From: an uncultured Planctomycetia bacterium
Lineage (GTDB): Bacteria; Omnitrophota; Gorgyraeia; 2-02-FULL-51-18
Direction of reading: 5' to 3'
Assembly (NCBI GenBank): GCA_964431835.1
Contig: CAYSKO010000004.1
Span: 71,519-135,518 of the forward strand
Length of the DNA stretch: 64,000 nucleotides
The notes below the pieces were generated by a model. That model saw only the letters and a program-made list of their open reading frames with translations. It had not been told where the DNA came from and did no database searches. The translations under genes and the position numbers were made by a program. Below, piece after piece: positions 1 to 10,246 of the stretch. How positions within the stretch are numbered: position 1 is the stretch's first letter; every line of letters begins with the position of its first letter.

Positions 1-35
1 GGTCGCGCAGCCGGCGGCCAGGAGAACGAGGAAAC

Positions 36-350
36 TTACGAGACCGATTCGGTGAGCCATGAGAGGTATTTCCTGGAACCGCGCGCGACGCGGAGCGCCA
101 CGAGCTCCGGGACGTCGTAGGGATGGTTTTTTGAGATGAATTTCTCGAGCGCTGGGAACTTGCGGTCCAGCGTTTTGATCACCAAGAGAGCCTCCCTCGC
201 GCGCTCGATCTTCCCTTTCCAGCGGTAATGCGAAACGGCGCCGGCGGACACCGACACGCAGGCCGCCAGCTTCTCCCGCACAAGGGCCTTCGCGAGGCTG
301 TCGGCGGTCTTCCGGTCGGGCGCGGTCGTCAAAACGACGAGCGCGGGCAC
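36..350 (-). CDS. cutA: Divalent-cation tolerance protein CutA
   Basis: LAACVS...SHYRWKGKI...E...IKT...HPYDVPELV motif set; 104 aa. Confidence 0.95.
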   Translation of the reverse strand: MPALVVLTTAPDRKTADSLAKALVREKLAACVSVSAGAVSHYRWKGKIERAREALLVIKTLDRKFPALEKFISKNHPYDVPELVALRVARGSRKYLSWLTESVS

Positions 351-353
351 GCT

Positions 354-554
354 TTAGAAACGAAGTGTGATACGGTAGTCCTCGCCCTCTTGCTCGAGGA
401 TCACGTGGCCTTCACGCGCGAGCCAGCCGAGGCTCATGAGCGTGACGTTGCGGTTCTTGTCGATGGCCTTCACGATCTGGGAAAGCGAGGCGGTTTTCGA
501 CTGGTCGAGGTAATGCCAGATGTCGCCGGCGACGATGCCGATCTCGGTGATCAT
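354..554 (-). CDS. Small winged helix-turn-helix protein (DUF2582-like)
   Basis: IGIVAGDIWHYL...MSLGWLAREG pattern; AGGAG Shine-Dalgarno 6 nt upstream. Confidence 0.8.
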   Translation of the reverse strand: MITEIGIVAGDIWHYLDQSKTASLSQIVKAIDKNRNVTLMSLGWLAREGHVILEQEGEDYRITLRF

Positions 555-587
555 GGGGTTCTCCTAGGGAAAGCGGTTACGGATCTT

Positions 588-616
588 ATGATAGTCGAAA
601 GACGCCGGCGAATCAA
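588..616 (-). promoter_or_regulatory. Sigma70-type promoter for wHTH-cutA
   Basis: TTGATT (611-616), 17 nt spacer, TATCAT (588-593). Confidence 0.7.
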
Positions 617-635
617 CAGGCGTTCCTATTTCCCG

Positions 636-881
636 TCACACGAGCCGGTCTTCGGGCGCTTTTTTGTTGTAACACTTGCACTGGGGGCACTGCGAGATCT
701 CGTGGTGGGTGGAATCCACGTACGTGTAAGCGCAGATCGAACATTCCCAAACGTCCGCTTCCTCTCGGACGAACTTCGGGAGGACGGCCTTCTTTTCGAA
801 AAAGATCCAAAGGACGAAGACGATCGCCAGGGACGCGGTGAGATAGAGGAAAATCGCGGTCGAAATGTCTACACGGAACAC
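636..881 (-). CDS. Small single-pass membrane protein with C-terminal CxxC...CxxC zinc ribbon
   Basis: N-terminal hydrophobic helix, then CSIC and CPQC; GTG start 1 nt after the tonB stop. Confidence 0.8.
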   Translation of the reverse strand: MFRVDISTAIFLYLTASLAIVFVLWIFFEKKAVLPKFVREEADVWECSICAYTYVDSTHHEISQCPQCKCYNKKAPEDRLV

Positions 882-882
882 G

Positions 883-1599
883 TCAGGCCCTCTCCGGGGC
901 TTTCGGCCCCAGGCGGAAACGGAGAGTCCCCAGCTGGTCCGCGGAGCCCGCCGCCGGCTGGAAGCGCCAGTGACGGACGTAACGGAGCCACAGCGCGTCG
1001 ACCGATTCGTTTCCTGAGGAACGGGCGATCTCGGCGCTCTTCACGCCGCCCGAGGCGTCCACGGTGAACTTGATCACGACCTCCGCCCCCTTCAGCGATT
1101 CCGCGAGCGAAAGCATCTGAGGCTCCTCCGGGCGCGAAAGAACCGGGCGGTCCCGCACTTCGCCTTCGAGCCCCTGAATCCCCTCTTCGAACCCCAAATT
1201 GATCCGCGAAACGAACTCGTAATCGGGCGAGGCCTTGTCGCCGTCGACAAGGACCTTCACGGATTCGAGGAAACGCTTACCGAGCGGCACGCTGACGGCG
1301 GTTCCCGGCTCCATGCGTTCGATTTTCTTAGGCGGCGGCTCGAGCGGCCGCGTGAAGTCCGTGACGTCGCGGTAAAAAGCTTCGGAAAGCTGGGGTTTCG
1401 TCTCGACGAGCGTCCGGAAGATGTCATCGTCGAGCACGGCGCCGAGCGAGACGATCCGCGGCGGCGCCTTCTTCCGCTCCTTCTCCGGGCTCACTTCCAC
1501 CACGATCGAGAAGAACCAGAAGAAATGCCAAAGAAGCGAGATGCCCAGCGCCAGCGCGAACGAGCGGTCGCGAAACGACCAGCCGTCGTATTCCCTCAC
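883..1599 (-). CDS. tonB: TonB/TolA-family energy transducer
   Basis: TM helix with SxxxH (ISLLWH); C-terminal TonB_C-like VVIKFTVDASGGV...RSSG...D...WRFQP. Confidence 0.8.
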   Translation of the reverse strand: MREYDGWSFRDRSFALALGISLLWHFFWFFSIVVEVSPEKERKKAPPRIVSLGAVLDDDIFRTLVETKPQLSEAFYRDVTDFTRPLEPPPKKIERMEPGTAVSVPLGKRFLESVKVLVDGDKASPDYEFVSRINLGFEEGIQGLEGEVRDRPVLSRPEEPQMLSLAESLKGAEVVIKFTVDASGGVKSAEIARSSGNESVDALWLRYVRHWRFQPAAGSADQLGTLRFRLGPKAPERA

Positions 1600-2015
1600 T
1601 GCGTTTCTCCCTGCTTCTGCGTCGTGGCGATGTTGATCTGAGGGATGCCGAGTTCGCGGCAGAGGTCCCAGATCTCGACCACGCGCCCGAGAGAAGCGCC
1701 GTTGTCCGCGCGTAGGAGGAGGGTCTTGCCGTCGCGCGCGGCTTCCCGCAGGCGCGCCGTGAGATCCGCGATCGAGATCGGCTGATCGTTCAGAAACACG
1801 AGGTCCTGGGCGGTGACGTTGACCACCATGTTTTCGCCGCCGAGCACTTCGCTCGTGATCGCCTTCGGAAGGCTCACCTTGATTCCCGGCTGCAGCACGA
1901 AGTTCGACGTGAGCATGAAAAAGAGTAGCAAATTGAACATCACGTCGACCATCGGCGCGATGTCGAGCTGCCCCTTCACGATCGACGTGCGTCTTTTGAG
2001 GCGCTTAAACCTCAT
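1596..2015 (-). CDS. exbD: ExbD/TolR biopolymer transport protein
   Basis: IAPMVDVMFNLLLFFM TM segment with the conserved Asp; ATG at 2015 overlaps the exbB end. Confidence 0.92.
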   Translation of the reverse strand: MRFKRLKRRTSIVKGQLDIAPMVDVMFNLLLFFMLTSNFVLQPGIKVSLPKAITSEVLGGENMVVNVTAQDLVFLNDQPISIADLTARLREAARDGKTLLLRADNGASLGRVVEIWDLCRELGIPQINIATTQKQGETQ

Positions 2016-2637
2016 CTTCGTTCCGCTTCTCGCCGAGGATATTGAGAAGGTCGGTCGCGCTGCGCTCCATGTCGAGCACGAAACCGTCGACGCGCGACAC
2101 GAGGTAGTTGTACGCAACGAACGTCGGGATCGCGACACAGAGGCCGAAGACCGTGGTCAGAAGAGCCTCCCAGATGCCTCCGGCGAGATCGCCCGGGTTG
2201 ATCGGGGTCGTCGCGGACGCCTTCGATTCGATGACCTGGAACGCCGAGACGAGACCCGTCACGGTGCCGAGGAGCCCGAGGAGCGGCGCCACGTGCGCGA
2301 CCGTCGCGAGGACGGGCAGGTTCCGCTCGAGCCGTGGGACTTCGTGGATCGACGCGTCTTCGATGGCTTCACGCACTTCGTTGCGTGGACGGTCGTGCTT
2401 CAGGATACCGGCCTTCAAGATGTTCGCGATGGGACCGCCGGTCCGCTCGCATAGGTCCAGTGCCTCCATGATCTTATTGCGCTTCAGCGACTTCGATATC
2501 TGTTCCATGAATACCCGCGTGTCGATCTGTTCCCGCTTCAGCTTGATCAGGCGTTCGATGACTATCGTGAACGCAAAGATGGAGCAAAGCAGGATCGGCC
2601 ACATGATCGGGCCGCCCTTCTGCATGAATTCCCACAT
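2005..2637 (-). CDS. exbB: MotA/TolQ/ExbB proton channel protein
   Basis: APLLGLLGTVTG...LAGGIWEALLTTVFGLCVAIP. Confidence 0.93.
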   Translation of the reverse strand: MWEFMQKGGPIMWPILLCSIFAFTIVIERLIKLKREQIDTRVFMEQISKSLKRNKIMEALDLCERTGGPIANILKAGILKHDRPRNEVREAIEDASIHEVPRLERNLPVLATVAHVAPLLGLLGTVTGLVSAFQVIESKASATTPINPGDLAGGIWEALLTTVFGLCVAIPTFVAYNYLVSRVDGFVLDMERSATDLLNILGEKRNEDEV

Positions 2638-2655
2638 CGATCGGTTACCCCCCTG

Positions 2656-4917
2656 TTATGCCGGTTTGAGCTTCGCGGCTTCCTCGCCGCGGCCCATGTC
2701 GGTCAGTACTTCCGCGAGCTCCCGCCGCGCTTCTAGCGCCGCGTCGCCCTTCAAATTTTTGAGCGCCTCTCCGAAATAAAACGCCGATTCACGGAGGAGT
2801 CCCTGGGCCTTCAGGATCTCGGCGAGCTTCTTCTGCGCACGGCCGCGCTCGAGCGGCGACGGCGCCTCGCTGGCGGCACGGACGAGCCCGGCCTTGGCTT
2901 CGTCGATTTTTCCCTGCGGAACGAGGAGCTCGGCCGCTCGCACCGCCGCCTGAGCGCCCCAAGGACCCTTTGGATAATCGCGGGCGATTGCCGTGAAACC
3001 GGCGGCCGCGGCGTTTAAATCGCCCGCGCGCTCGGACTCCACGGCCGCGCGGAAACGCGCGTCGTCGGCGAGGTCGTGGTCCGGAAAGCGCGAAGACAGC
3101 GCGTCAAAGCTCCCGCGCGCGTCGGCGTAGCGTCCGCGTTTGAAATGATATTCGCCGAGGCCGAAGAGCACTTCCGCCGAAGACGGATGCTCCGGGTAAC
3201 GTTCGAGATACGCTTCGAACTCACGGACGCCTTCCTCTTCTTTCTTGAGCGCGAAGAGGCACCGTGCCGCCTGGTAACGCGCGAGACGTCCCGAGTCGCC
3301 ATCGGCGTCGCGTGCGGCAACATCCCGGAAAACTTCGAGCGCCTTCGAGTATTGACGATCGAGAAAAAGACCGTTGCCGAGCTGGAAGTACGCGTTTTCC
3401 CGCAAGGGGCTTTCGGGATGGACGGAAACGAGTCGGCGGAACTGCGCGGCCGCCTCGGCATGGCTGCCCTTTTTCAGGAGCAACGCGCCGAGCCGGTACA
3501 AAGACTCGGCCCGATAACGGCTCGAGGGATAATTCACGAGGAGGCTCCGGTAGCTCAGGATCGCGGCCTCTTCCTTACCGAGCCCAGCAAGAATCGTCGC
3601 TGACTGATACTGGGCGTAATCGGAATAGAAGCTTTTCGGATAGTCCACGAGGACCATATCGTAATACTCCTGCGCGTCCTCCGGAGCCTCTTTCTCCAAG
3701 TAGGTGTCGCCGATGCGGCAAATCGCTGCGACTTTCAGCACCTCGTCGTTCGCTTCCTCGGCGACGATAGTGAAATGCTCGATCGCCTTGTCCTGCTGCC
3801 CAAGGCGCGCGTACGACCAGCCTAGATAGAAATGCGTGTCGTGCACGAGCTCGGTCGCGGGGTAGTCGCGCAAGAGGTTCTCGTAAGCCTCGGCGCTTTC
3901 GCGGTGACGTTCTAACTCGTAGAGCGTTTCCGCGCGCCAGAAACGCGCGTCGTCGGCTAGATCCGACTGCGTGAAATCGCGGATCAAACGGTCGTAGGAT
4001 TCGAGCGCTTCCTCACGACGGTCGAGTTTCGCTAGCGAACGGGCGCGGCCGAGCAGGAACGAATCCGCGAGTGGCGATCCTTTCAGCGTTTCTTCGAACG
4101 GCGTGAAATTACGGAGGCTTTCCTCGTATTTCCCAAGCTGGAAGAAGGTCCAGCCGATTCCGTGCAGCGCCATCGCGACGAACGGCTCCTCCGCCCCGCC
4201 GAGATCGACGCTACGTTTGAACGCGTCGAGCGCGGGCGCGTACTGGCCCAGGTTGTACCGGCATTCGCCGAGGAGGTAGTGCGCAGCGGCTATCCGCGGC
4301 GAGAGCGCGTGGTCTTCGATGAATTTAGAGAGCGCGGCGGCCGACGAGTCGTATTTCCGGGTCTCGTACAAGCACTGTGCAATCTTGTAGCGGGATTCGG
4401 CGGCCAGCGCGTGCGTCGGCCACTCGCGAGAGACATCCTCGAACTCGGCGATCGCGCCCTCGTAATGCTCGAGCTCGGCGTACGCCCACGCGCGCGAATA
4501 ACGCGCGTACACCTGGAAGCGCGAACGCGGGTAGCGTTCGATCACTTCGGCGTAAAACTTCACGGCGGACGCGAAATCTTTCGCCTTGAAGTGCGCCTCG
4601 GCGGTCCAGTAAAGCGCCTCCTCGTGAAAGCGGCCCTGCGAAACCTCCGCGCTCACGTGTTCGAATTCGCCGATCGCCCGCGAAGCCTCGCCGGTGCTTG
4701 CGTACGCCTGGCCGAGCAGGAGCCGGACGTCGTGCCGGTAATCCGAGCGGGGGTGGCTCGAAAGAAAAGCGGACGAGCGCTCCTTGACGGAATCGAAGAG
4801 GCCTTTTTTGAAGGCGTCCTGGATCGGGATGAAATCGCTCTGCTCCTGCGGCGTGGCGGCGAGAGCGCGCGCCGAGAGAAGAAGCGCAGCGGCAAGCCCG
4901 ATGAACGAACGGTTCAT
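2656..4917 (-). CDS. Exported multi-TPR protein (CpoB/BamD-like repeats)
   Basis: Signal peptide followed by many TPR units ending in YP/HP-S turns; ATGA overlap with uvrA. Confidence 0.88.
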   Translation of the reverse strand: MNRSFIGLAAALLLSARALAATPQEQSDFIPIQDAFKKGLFDSVKERSSAFLSSHPRSDYRHDVRLLLGQAYASTGEASRAIGEFEHVSAEVSQGRFHEEALYWTAEAHFKAKDFASAVKFYAEVIERYPRSRFQVYARYSRAWAYAELEHYEGAIAEFEDVSREWPTHALAAESRYKIAQCLYETRKYDSSAAALSKFIEDHALSPRIAAAHYLLGECRYNLGQYAPALDAFKRSVDLGGAEEPFVAMALHGIGWTFFQLGKYEESLRNFTPFEETLKGSPLADSFLLGRARSLAKLDRREEALESYDRLIRDFTQSDLADDARFWRAETLYELERHRESAEAYENLLRDYPATELVHDTHFYLGWSYARLGQQDKAIEHFTIVAEEANDEVLKVAAICRIGDTYLEKEAPEDAQEYYDMVLVDYPKSFYSDYAQYQSATILAGLGKEEAAILSYRSLLVNYPSSRYRAESLYRLGALLLKKGSHAEAAAQFRRLVSVHPESPLRENAYFQLGNGLFLDRQYSKALEVFRDVAARDADGDSGRLARYQAARCLFALKKEEEGVREFEAYLERYPEHPSSAEVLFGLGEYHFKRGRYADARGSFDALSSRFPDHDLADDARFRAAVESERAGDLNAAAAGFTAIARDYPKGPWGAQAAVRAAELLVPQGKIDEAKAGLVRAASEAPSPLERGRAQKKLAEILKAQGLLRESAFYFGEALKNLKGDAALEARRELAEVLTDMGRGEEAAKLKPA

Positions 4918-7766
4918 CCCTTCAGCGCCTCCTTGAGGAAACGGCCGGTGTGGGACTCCGTCGAACGCGCGACTTCCTCGGGCGTCCCGGAGGCGACGAG
5001 CCAGCCGCCCCGCGCGCCGCCCTCGGGGCCGAGGTCGATCAGATAGTCGGCGGCCTTGATCACGTCCAGATTGTGCTCGATGACGAGAATGCTGTTGCCC
5101 TGGTCCACGAGCGTCTGAAGCACCTGGAGGAGGCGGTCGATGTCTGCGAAATGCAGGCCCGTCGTCGGTTCATCGAGGATGTAGAGCGTACGGCCCGTCG
5201 CGCGGCGCGAGAGCTCGGTCGCGAGCTTCACGCGCTGGGCTTCACCGCCCGAGAGCGTCGTCGCGGCCTGGCCGAGTTCGATGTAGTCGAGCCCCACGTC
5301 GTGCAGCGTCTGGAGCTTCGTGCGCACCATCGGCACGTTTTCGAAAAGAAGCAGCGCCTCCTCCACGCTCATGGAAAGGACGTCGGCAATGGACTTACCT
5401 TTATAGCGGACCTCGAGCGTCTGCTCGTTGAAACGCCTTCCCTTGCAGACTTCGCACTCCACGTAAACGTCCGGAAGGAAATGCATTTCGATCGTCTTCA
5501 CGCCGTCGCCCTCGCAGGCCTCGCAGCGCCCGCCCTTCACGTTGAAACTGAAACGCCCGGGCTCGTAGCCGCGCACGCGCGAGTCGGGCAGGCGGGAGAA
5601 AATGTCGCGGATCGGGCCGAAGAGGCCGGTGTAGGTCGCGGGGTTCGAGCGCGGCGTGCGACCGATCGGCGACTGGTCGATTTCGATGATCTTGTCGATG
5701 TGTTCGGTGCCCAGGATCGCCTCGTGCTTGCCGGGCTTGTCCTTGGATTTATTGAGCTTCCGCGAGAGTCCCTTGAAAAGGATTTCGTCGATGAGCGTGC
5801 TCTTGCCCGATCCCGAGACGCCGGTGACGCAGGTGAAGACGCCGAGTGGGATTTCAACGTCGATCCCCTTCAGGTTGTGCTCCGCGGCTTTCTTGATCAC
5901 GATCTTTTTCCGGCTCTTCCACTCGCGGCGCACTTCGGGCATGCGAATCTTGAGATCGCCCTTCAAGTAGCGGCCCGTGAGCGACTCCGGGTCGTCCATG
6001 ACCTCCTGCGGCGTGCCGGCCGAGACGATCTTTCCCCCGTGCTTGCCGGCGCCGGGGCCGAGATCCACGAGGTAGTCGGCCCGCTTCATGGTCGCGTCGT
6101 CGTGCTCGACGACGATGAGCGTGTTACCGAGGTCGCGTAGCGCGAGGAGCGCCTCGAGGAGCTTCTCGTTGTCGCGCTGATGAAGGCCGATCGAGGGTTC
6201 GTCGAGCACGTAAAGCACTCCCATGAGACCCGCGCCGATCTGCGTCGCCAGGCGGATACGCTGCGCTTCGCCGCCCGAGAGCGTGCCGCTCATGCGGTCG
6301 AGAGAAAGATAGCCGAGGCCGACGTTCGTCATGAAGCCGAGACGCGCACGGACTTCTTTCAGGATCTGATAGGCGATCTTCTCGTCCCTTTCGGTAAGCT
6401 TCAAGTTCCGGAAGAATTGGTCGGCGTCTTCGATGGAGAGCGCGCAGACGTCCATGATGCCTTTGGCGCTCACCATCACGCTGAGCGCTTCGGGCTTCAA
6501 ACGCTTCCCATGGCACACGTCGCAGGGACGCCGGCTCATGTACTTGGCGATTTCGTCCTTCATCCATTCGGATTCGGTGTCCTTGTAACGACGCTCGAGG
6601 TTCGCCACGACGCCTTCGAAAGATTTCCAGCCTTTCTCGCCGGTGCCGTAGAGGATCGTGTCGCGGTCTTTTTTAGAGAGGTCCTTGAATGGGGTGTCGA
6701 GGTCGAAGCCGAGCTCCTCGGAGAGATTCCGGAGGAGCCGCCGGAAGTGGAGAATAATCGATTTGCCCCCGCGGTTCCAGCCGGCGATCGCGCCGTCGCG
6801 GACGGATTTCGTCTTGTCCGGCACGACAAGCTCGGGGTCGATCTCCTGCATCTCGCCGAGTCCGTCGCACGTCGGGCACGCGCCGTAAGGGCTGTTGAAC
6901 GAAAAGAGCCGCGGCTCAAGCGGCTGGAAGCTGACGCCGCAGTGGACACAGGCGTGGAGCTCCGAGAACATCTGCTCGGCCGCGTCGCCGTCGAAGGCGA
7001 TCTTCATGGTCCCCTTGCCAACTTTAAGCGCCGATTCCACCGAGTCCGTGAGGCGCTTCTTCACGTCGTCGCGCAGGACGAGGCGGTCGACGACGATGTC
7101 GATGACGTGCTTCTTTTTCTTGTCGAGCTTGATCGTCTCCGTGAGCTCGTAGGTGCGGCCGTCCACGCGCACGCGGACGAACCCCTCTTTCTGGACGTCC
7201 TTGAAAATCGACTGGTACTCGCCCTTGCGGCCCTCAATGACCGGAGCCAGGATCTGAATGCGGCTTTCCTTCGGGGAACGCAGAATGAGCTCCACAATCT
7301 CCTGCGCGCTCTGTTTGGTGATCGGGTTGCCGCAGGTCGGGCAGTGGGGCGTGCCACACTTGGCGTAAAGGAGGCGGAGGTAGTCGTAGATCTCGGTCGT
7401 GGTACCGACAGTCGAGCGCGGATTCGAGCCCGCGATTCGCTGCTCGATGGAGATCGCCGGCGAAAGGCCCTCGATGTACTCGACGTCCGGCTTCTGCATT
7501 TGGTCCAAGAACTGCCGCGCGTAGGCAGAAAGACTCTCGACGTAGCGGCGCTGGCCCTCGGCGTAGATCGTGTCGAACGCGAGCGAGGATTTGCCCGAGC
7601 CGGAGAGACCCGTAAAAACGACGAGCGCGTCCCGCGGGATCTTGAGGTCGACCCCCTGCAGGTTGTGTTCGCGGGCGTTCTTGACGAAAATGTAGTCGCG
7701 GCCGCGGACCTCGGGTGGGCGCGTCGCTTCCTTTTCTTTTCTACGAGACTGGGTCTGAGTCGTCAT
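4914..7766 (-). CDS. uvrA: Excinuclease ABC subunit A
   Basis: Two Walker A motifs ([18 protein letters not shown]), two LSGGEAQR signatures, zinc fingers; 950 aa. Confidence 0.99.
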   Translation of the reverse strand: MTTQTQSRRKEKEATRPPEVRGRDYIFVKNAREHNLQGVDLKIPRDALVVFTGLSGSGKSSLAFDTIYAEGQRRYVESLSAYARQFLDQMQKPDVEYIEGLSPAISIEQRIAGSNPRSTVGTTTEIYDYLRLLYAKCGTPHCPTCGNPITKQSAQEIVELILRSPKESRIQILAPVIEGRKGEYQSIFKDVQKEGFVRVRVDGRTYELTETIKLDKKKKHVIDIVVDRLVLRDDVKKRLTDSVESALKVGKGTMKIAFDGDAAEQMFSELHACVHCGVSFQPLEPRLFSFNSPYGACPTCDGLGEMQEIDPELVVPDKTKSVRDGAIAGWNRGGKSIILHFRRLLRNLSEELGFDLDTPFKDLSKKDRDTILYGTGEKGWKSFEGVVANLERRYKDTESEWMKDEIAKYMSRRPCDVCHGKRLKPEALSVMVSAKGIMDVCALSIEDADQFFRNLKLTERDEKIAYQILKEVRARLGFMTNVGLGYLSLDRMSGTLSGGEAQRIRLATQIGAGLMGVLYVLDEPSIGLHQRDNEKLLEALLALRDLGNTLIVVEHDDATMKRADYLVDLGPGAGKHGGKIVSAGTPQEVMDDPESLTGRYLKGDLKIRMPEVRREWKSRKKIVIKKAAEHNLKGIDVEIPLGVFTCVTGVSGSGKSTLIDEILFKGLSRKLNKSKDKPGKHEAILGTEHIDKIIEIDQSPIGRTPRSNPATYTGLFGPIRDIFSRLPDSRVRGYEPGRFSFNVKGGRCEACEGDGVKTIEMHFLPDVYVECEVCKGRRFNEQTLEVRYKGKSIADVLSMSVEEALLLFENVPMVRTKLQTLHDVGLDYIELGQAATTLSGGEAQRVKLATELSRRATGRTLYILDEPTTGLHFADIDRLLQVLQTLVDQGNSILVIEHNLDVIKAADYLIDLGPEGGARGGWLVASGTPEEVARSTESHTGRFLKEALKG

Positions 7767-8446
7767 ATTTTCTTCTTCTCGGTGGCGTCTTGTTTGAGGA
7801 TTTCGGGAATGGGCCTCGCATCGATGCGTATCCCGCCGTCATGCTCGATCATGAGCGTGTAGATGGTCCCCGGTACGAACACGGAGCCCGGCGCCTCGAT
7901 CTGCGCGTTCTTAATGCCGATGCGTTTACGCTCATCGGGGTCTAGGGCGAGCTTCCAGAATTTGCCCCACATCTCGCGCTCGAAACCGGACGGAGAGCTC
8001 CCGACCTTGTACCCTTCAGGAACTTCGTGCGCCGCAGTGATCGGGAATTCCTGGGTGTTCTTTCCGGCCAGCACGAACGCCTTCAGGAACAAGTAGACGC
8101 TCTTGCCCTTGAGACGGTGCCCCCGCTCGACGTACCGGTCATCGAAGCGGACGACGAGCGTCTGAAACTGGATCAGATTGCCGTCGAACGTGAAGTATTT
8201 GGGCTTGAGCGCGCGCCCACGGACGTCGTACTCGAGGAACTTGATCGTCGTGCGGTATTTGCGGGTGAACTCGTCGACACTCGACTCCATCACGAGCGCT
8301 TCGGCGATACGGGACTCCGCCCGAAGGTTCCGGACAATCTGGCGGAGCGTCATGAATTCCTGGAACTTGAACCAGCCGACGAAGGCCACGAGGACGACGA
8401 GGAGGAGAACGAACCGGCGAGCGGTCTTCCTGATTCCGTCGAACAT
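7763..8446 (-). CDS. Hypothetical protein with N-terminal membrane anchor
   Basis: 227 aa ORF with native codon pattern, one TM helix, ATGA overlap with uvrA. Confidence 0.8.
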   Translation of the reverse strand: MFDGIRKTARRFVLLLVVLVAFVGWFKFQEFMTLRQIVRNLRAESRIAEALVMESSVDEFTRKYRTTIKFLEYDVRGRALKPKYFTFDGNLIQFQTLVVRFDDRYVERGHRLKGKSVYLFLKAFVLAGKNTQEFPITAAHEVPEGYKVGSSPSGFEREMWGKFWKLALDPDERKRIGIKNAQIEAPGSVFVPGTIYTLMIEHDGGIRIDARPIPEILKQDATEKKKI

Positions 8447-8465
8447 TTTTAGTCTTTCGGCGGGA

Positions 8466-9404
8466 CTAGGTCCGGCAGTCGGCCGGTTTTTTGGGCCAGA
8501 TGATCGAAGCCGCGATCGAAGCCGTCAGGATCGCCGCGATCACCAGGAGCGCGACGACGATCGGGAAATGGTAGACGTCCGTCAAAAGCATCTTGGCCCC
8601 GACGAACACGAGGATCGCCGAAAGCCCGTAATGGAGATGATGGAAAACCTGCATGACGCCGGAGAGCGCGAAATACAACGCCCGGAGCCCCAGGATCGCG
8701 AAGACGTTCGACGTGTAGACGATGAACGGGTCGGTCGTGATCGCGAGCACTGCTGGGATGGAATCCACTGCGAAGATCACGTCCGTCGTTTCGACCACCA
8801 AAAGAACGATGAAAAAAGGCGTCGCGTACAGGCGCCCGGCCTTCCGCACGAAGAACTTGCCCTCGACGTTCTCCGTCGTGACCGGCATCACCTTCTTGAA
8901 GAGGCGGATCACGAGGCTCTTTTCAGGATCGAGCTCCTTGTCTTCGTCCTTCTCCTTGCCGAAGGCCATGCGCAGGCCGGTGAAGATCAGGAAAACGCCG
9001 AAAATGTAGATGGTCCAATGGAAGCGCTCGATGAGAGTGATACCCACAAGGATAAAGATGGCGCGCATTACGAGTGCCCCTAAGATACCCCAGAAGAGGA
9101 TCTTGTGCTGGTACACCGGAGAGACGCGGAAGCACTTGAATACGAGGATGAAAACGAAGATATTGTCGACCGAGAGGGACTTCTCGAGAAGGTACCCGGC
9201 CGTGAACTGGAGCGCCTTCTCGGGACCCGAAACCATGTACACGCCCAGGTTGAACAAAAGGGCGAGCGCGATCCAGAACGCGCTGAGAAGCAACGCCTCT
9301 TTGACTTTGACCGCATGCGCCTTCTTTTGGAAGACGCCGAGATCGAGGGCAAGCATCACGAAGACGAACAGGTTAAACGCTATCCAGGGCCAGGCTTGTG
9401 TCAT
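8466..9404 (-). CDS. terC: TerC/Alx family membrane protein
   Basis: EKSLSVDNIFVF and DVIFAVDSIPA motifs; ATG at 9404 overlaps the rsmA stop. Confidence 0.95.
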   Translation of the reverse strand: MTQAWPWIAFNLFVFVMLALDLGVFQKKAHAVKVKEALLLSAFWIALALLFNLGVYMVSGPEKALQFTAGYLLEKSLSVDNIFVFILVFKCFRVSPVYQHKILFWGILGALVMRAIFILVGITLIERFHWTIYIFGVFLIFTGLRMAFGKEKDEDKELDPEKSLVIRLFKKVMPVTTENVEGKFFVRKAGRLYATPFFIVLLVVETTDVIFAVDSIPAVLAITTDPFIVYTSNVFAILGLRALYFALSGVMQVFHHLHYGLSAILVFVGAKMLLTDVYHFPIVVALLVIAAILTASIAASIIWPKKPADCRT

Positions 9405-10246
9405 TGGGCTAATATAACACAATCCCCCAGCCGAGCCCAATCCGGAATGGAAAGGGTCTCCGGGCGGCGCATGGGGTCGATTCCCGCCCGGGAAAGCGCC
9501 TCGGCGAGCTCGGGCTTACGGAGGCCGGGAACCGTCTCGTCGGCGAGGGCGTTCAGGAGGGTTTTTCGCCGTTTCTGGAAAGCCTTCCGGACGAGATAGA
9601 AAAAGGCTCCCTCGTTCGAGATATTCCAGCGCGATTTCTCGTCAAATTCGAGACGCACCACCGCGGACTCGACCTGGGGTGCCGGAAAAAAGGTGCGGGG
9701 CGGCAGGATCCGGAGAACTTCCACGCGCGCATATACCTGGACGAAGACGCTGAGGGATCCCCATGTCTTTCCGCCCGGCGCCGCCCGTAGGCGGTCGGCG
9801 ACTTCCCTTTGTACCGTGATGACCGCACGGCGAACGGTTCGCCGGTGGTCGATGAGCCATTCGAGAATGGGGCTCGTGATGTTGTACGGGATGTTCCCCG
9901 CGACTTTGAGCGGCGGATGCAGACCGAGCTCCGACGGGTCGACTTCCAAGATATCCTTTTCCACCACGACCAGAGGCCGTTCTCCGGCCGCGTCGCGGAG
10001 CCGGCGCGCCAGGACGAAATCTTTTTCGATCGCAGTCACGCGACCGCCGCGCGCCAGAAGCTCGTCGGTCAGGAAACCGAGTCCGGGACCGATCTCCAGG
10101 ACGGGCTCCCCCGGCGCGAGATCGAGCGAAGCCGCGATAAATCCGAGCGTCTCGGGCCGGATCATGAAATTCTGTCCACGGCGCTTCTCTGGAGCGACGC
10201 CCAGCTCCGCGAGCGCGGCGATGACCGCGCCGGTGAGATCCTTCAA
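9401..10246 (-). CDS. rsmA: 16S rRNA m6,2A dimethyltransferase RsmA/KsgA
   Basis: GQNF, VLEIGPGLG and GNIPYNIT motifs. Confidence 0.97.
   Translation of the reverse strand: MKDLTGAVIAALAELGVAPEKRRGQNFMIRPETLGFIAASLDLAPGEPVLEIGPGLGFLTDELLARGGRVTAIEKDFVLARRLRDAAGERPLVVVEKDILEVDPSELGLHPPLKVAGNIPYNITSPILEWLIDHRRTVRRAVITVQREVADRLRAAPGGKTWGSLSVFVQVYARVEVLRILPPRTFFPAPQVESAVVRLEFDEKSRWNISNEGAFFYLVRKAFQKRRKTLLNALADETVPGLRKPELAEALSRAGIDPMRRPETLSIPDWARLGDCVILAQ
9411..9440 (-). promoter_or_regulatory. Putative extended -10 promoter inside the rsmA 3' end giving a leaderless terC transcript
   Basis: TG-T-TATATT (-10 at 9411-9416) lies 6 nt upstream of the ATG; weak -35 TTGGGC with 18 nt spacer. Confidence 0.5.

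Noticed and set aside
2656-4917. Repetitive sequence as a tandem DNA repeat or CRISPR array
   Set aside because: The periodicity is protein-level TPR only; I saw no identical nucleotide repeats with spacers in the window
4950-7862. Long plus-strand ORFs (396 and 560 aa here; others at 15379, 21217, 28304, 49649 and 54365)
   Set aside because: Antisense shadows of well-supported genes; high-GC codon bias suppresses stops on the opposite strand, and they show no protein motifs
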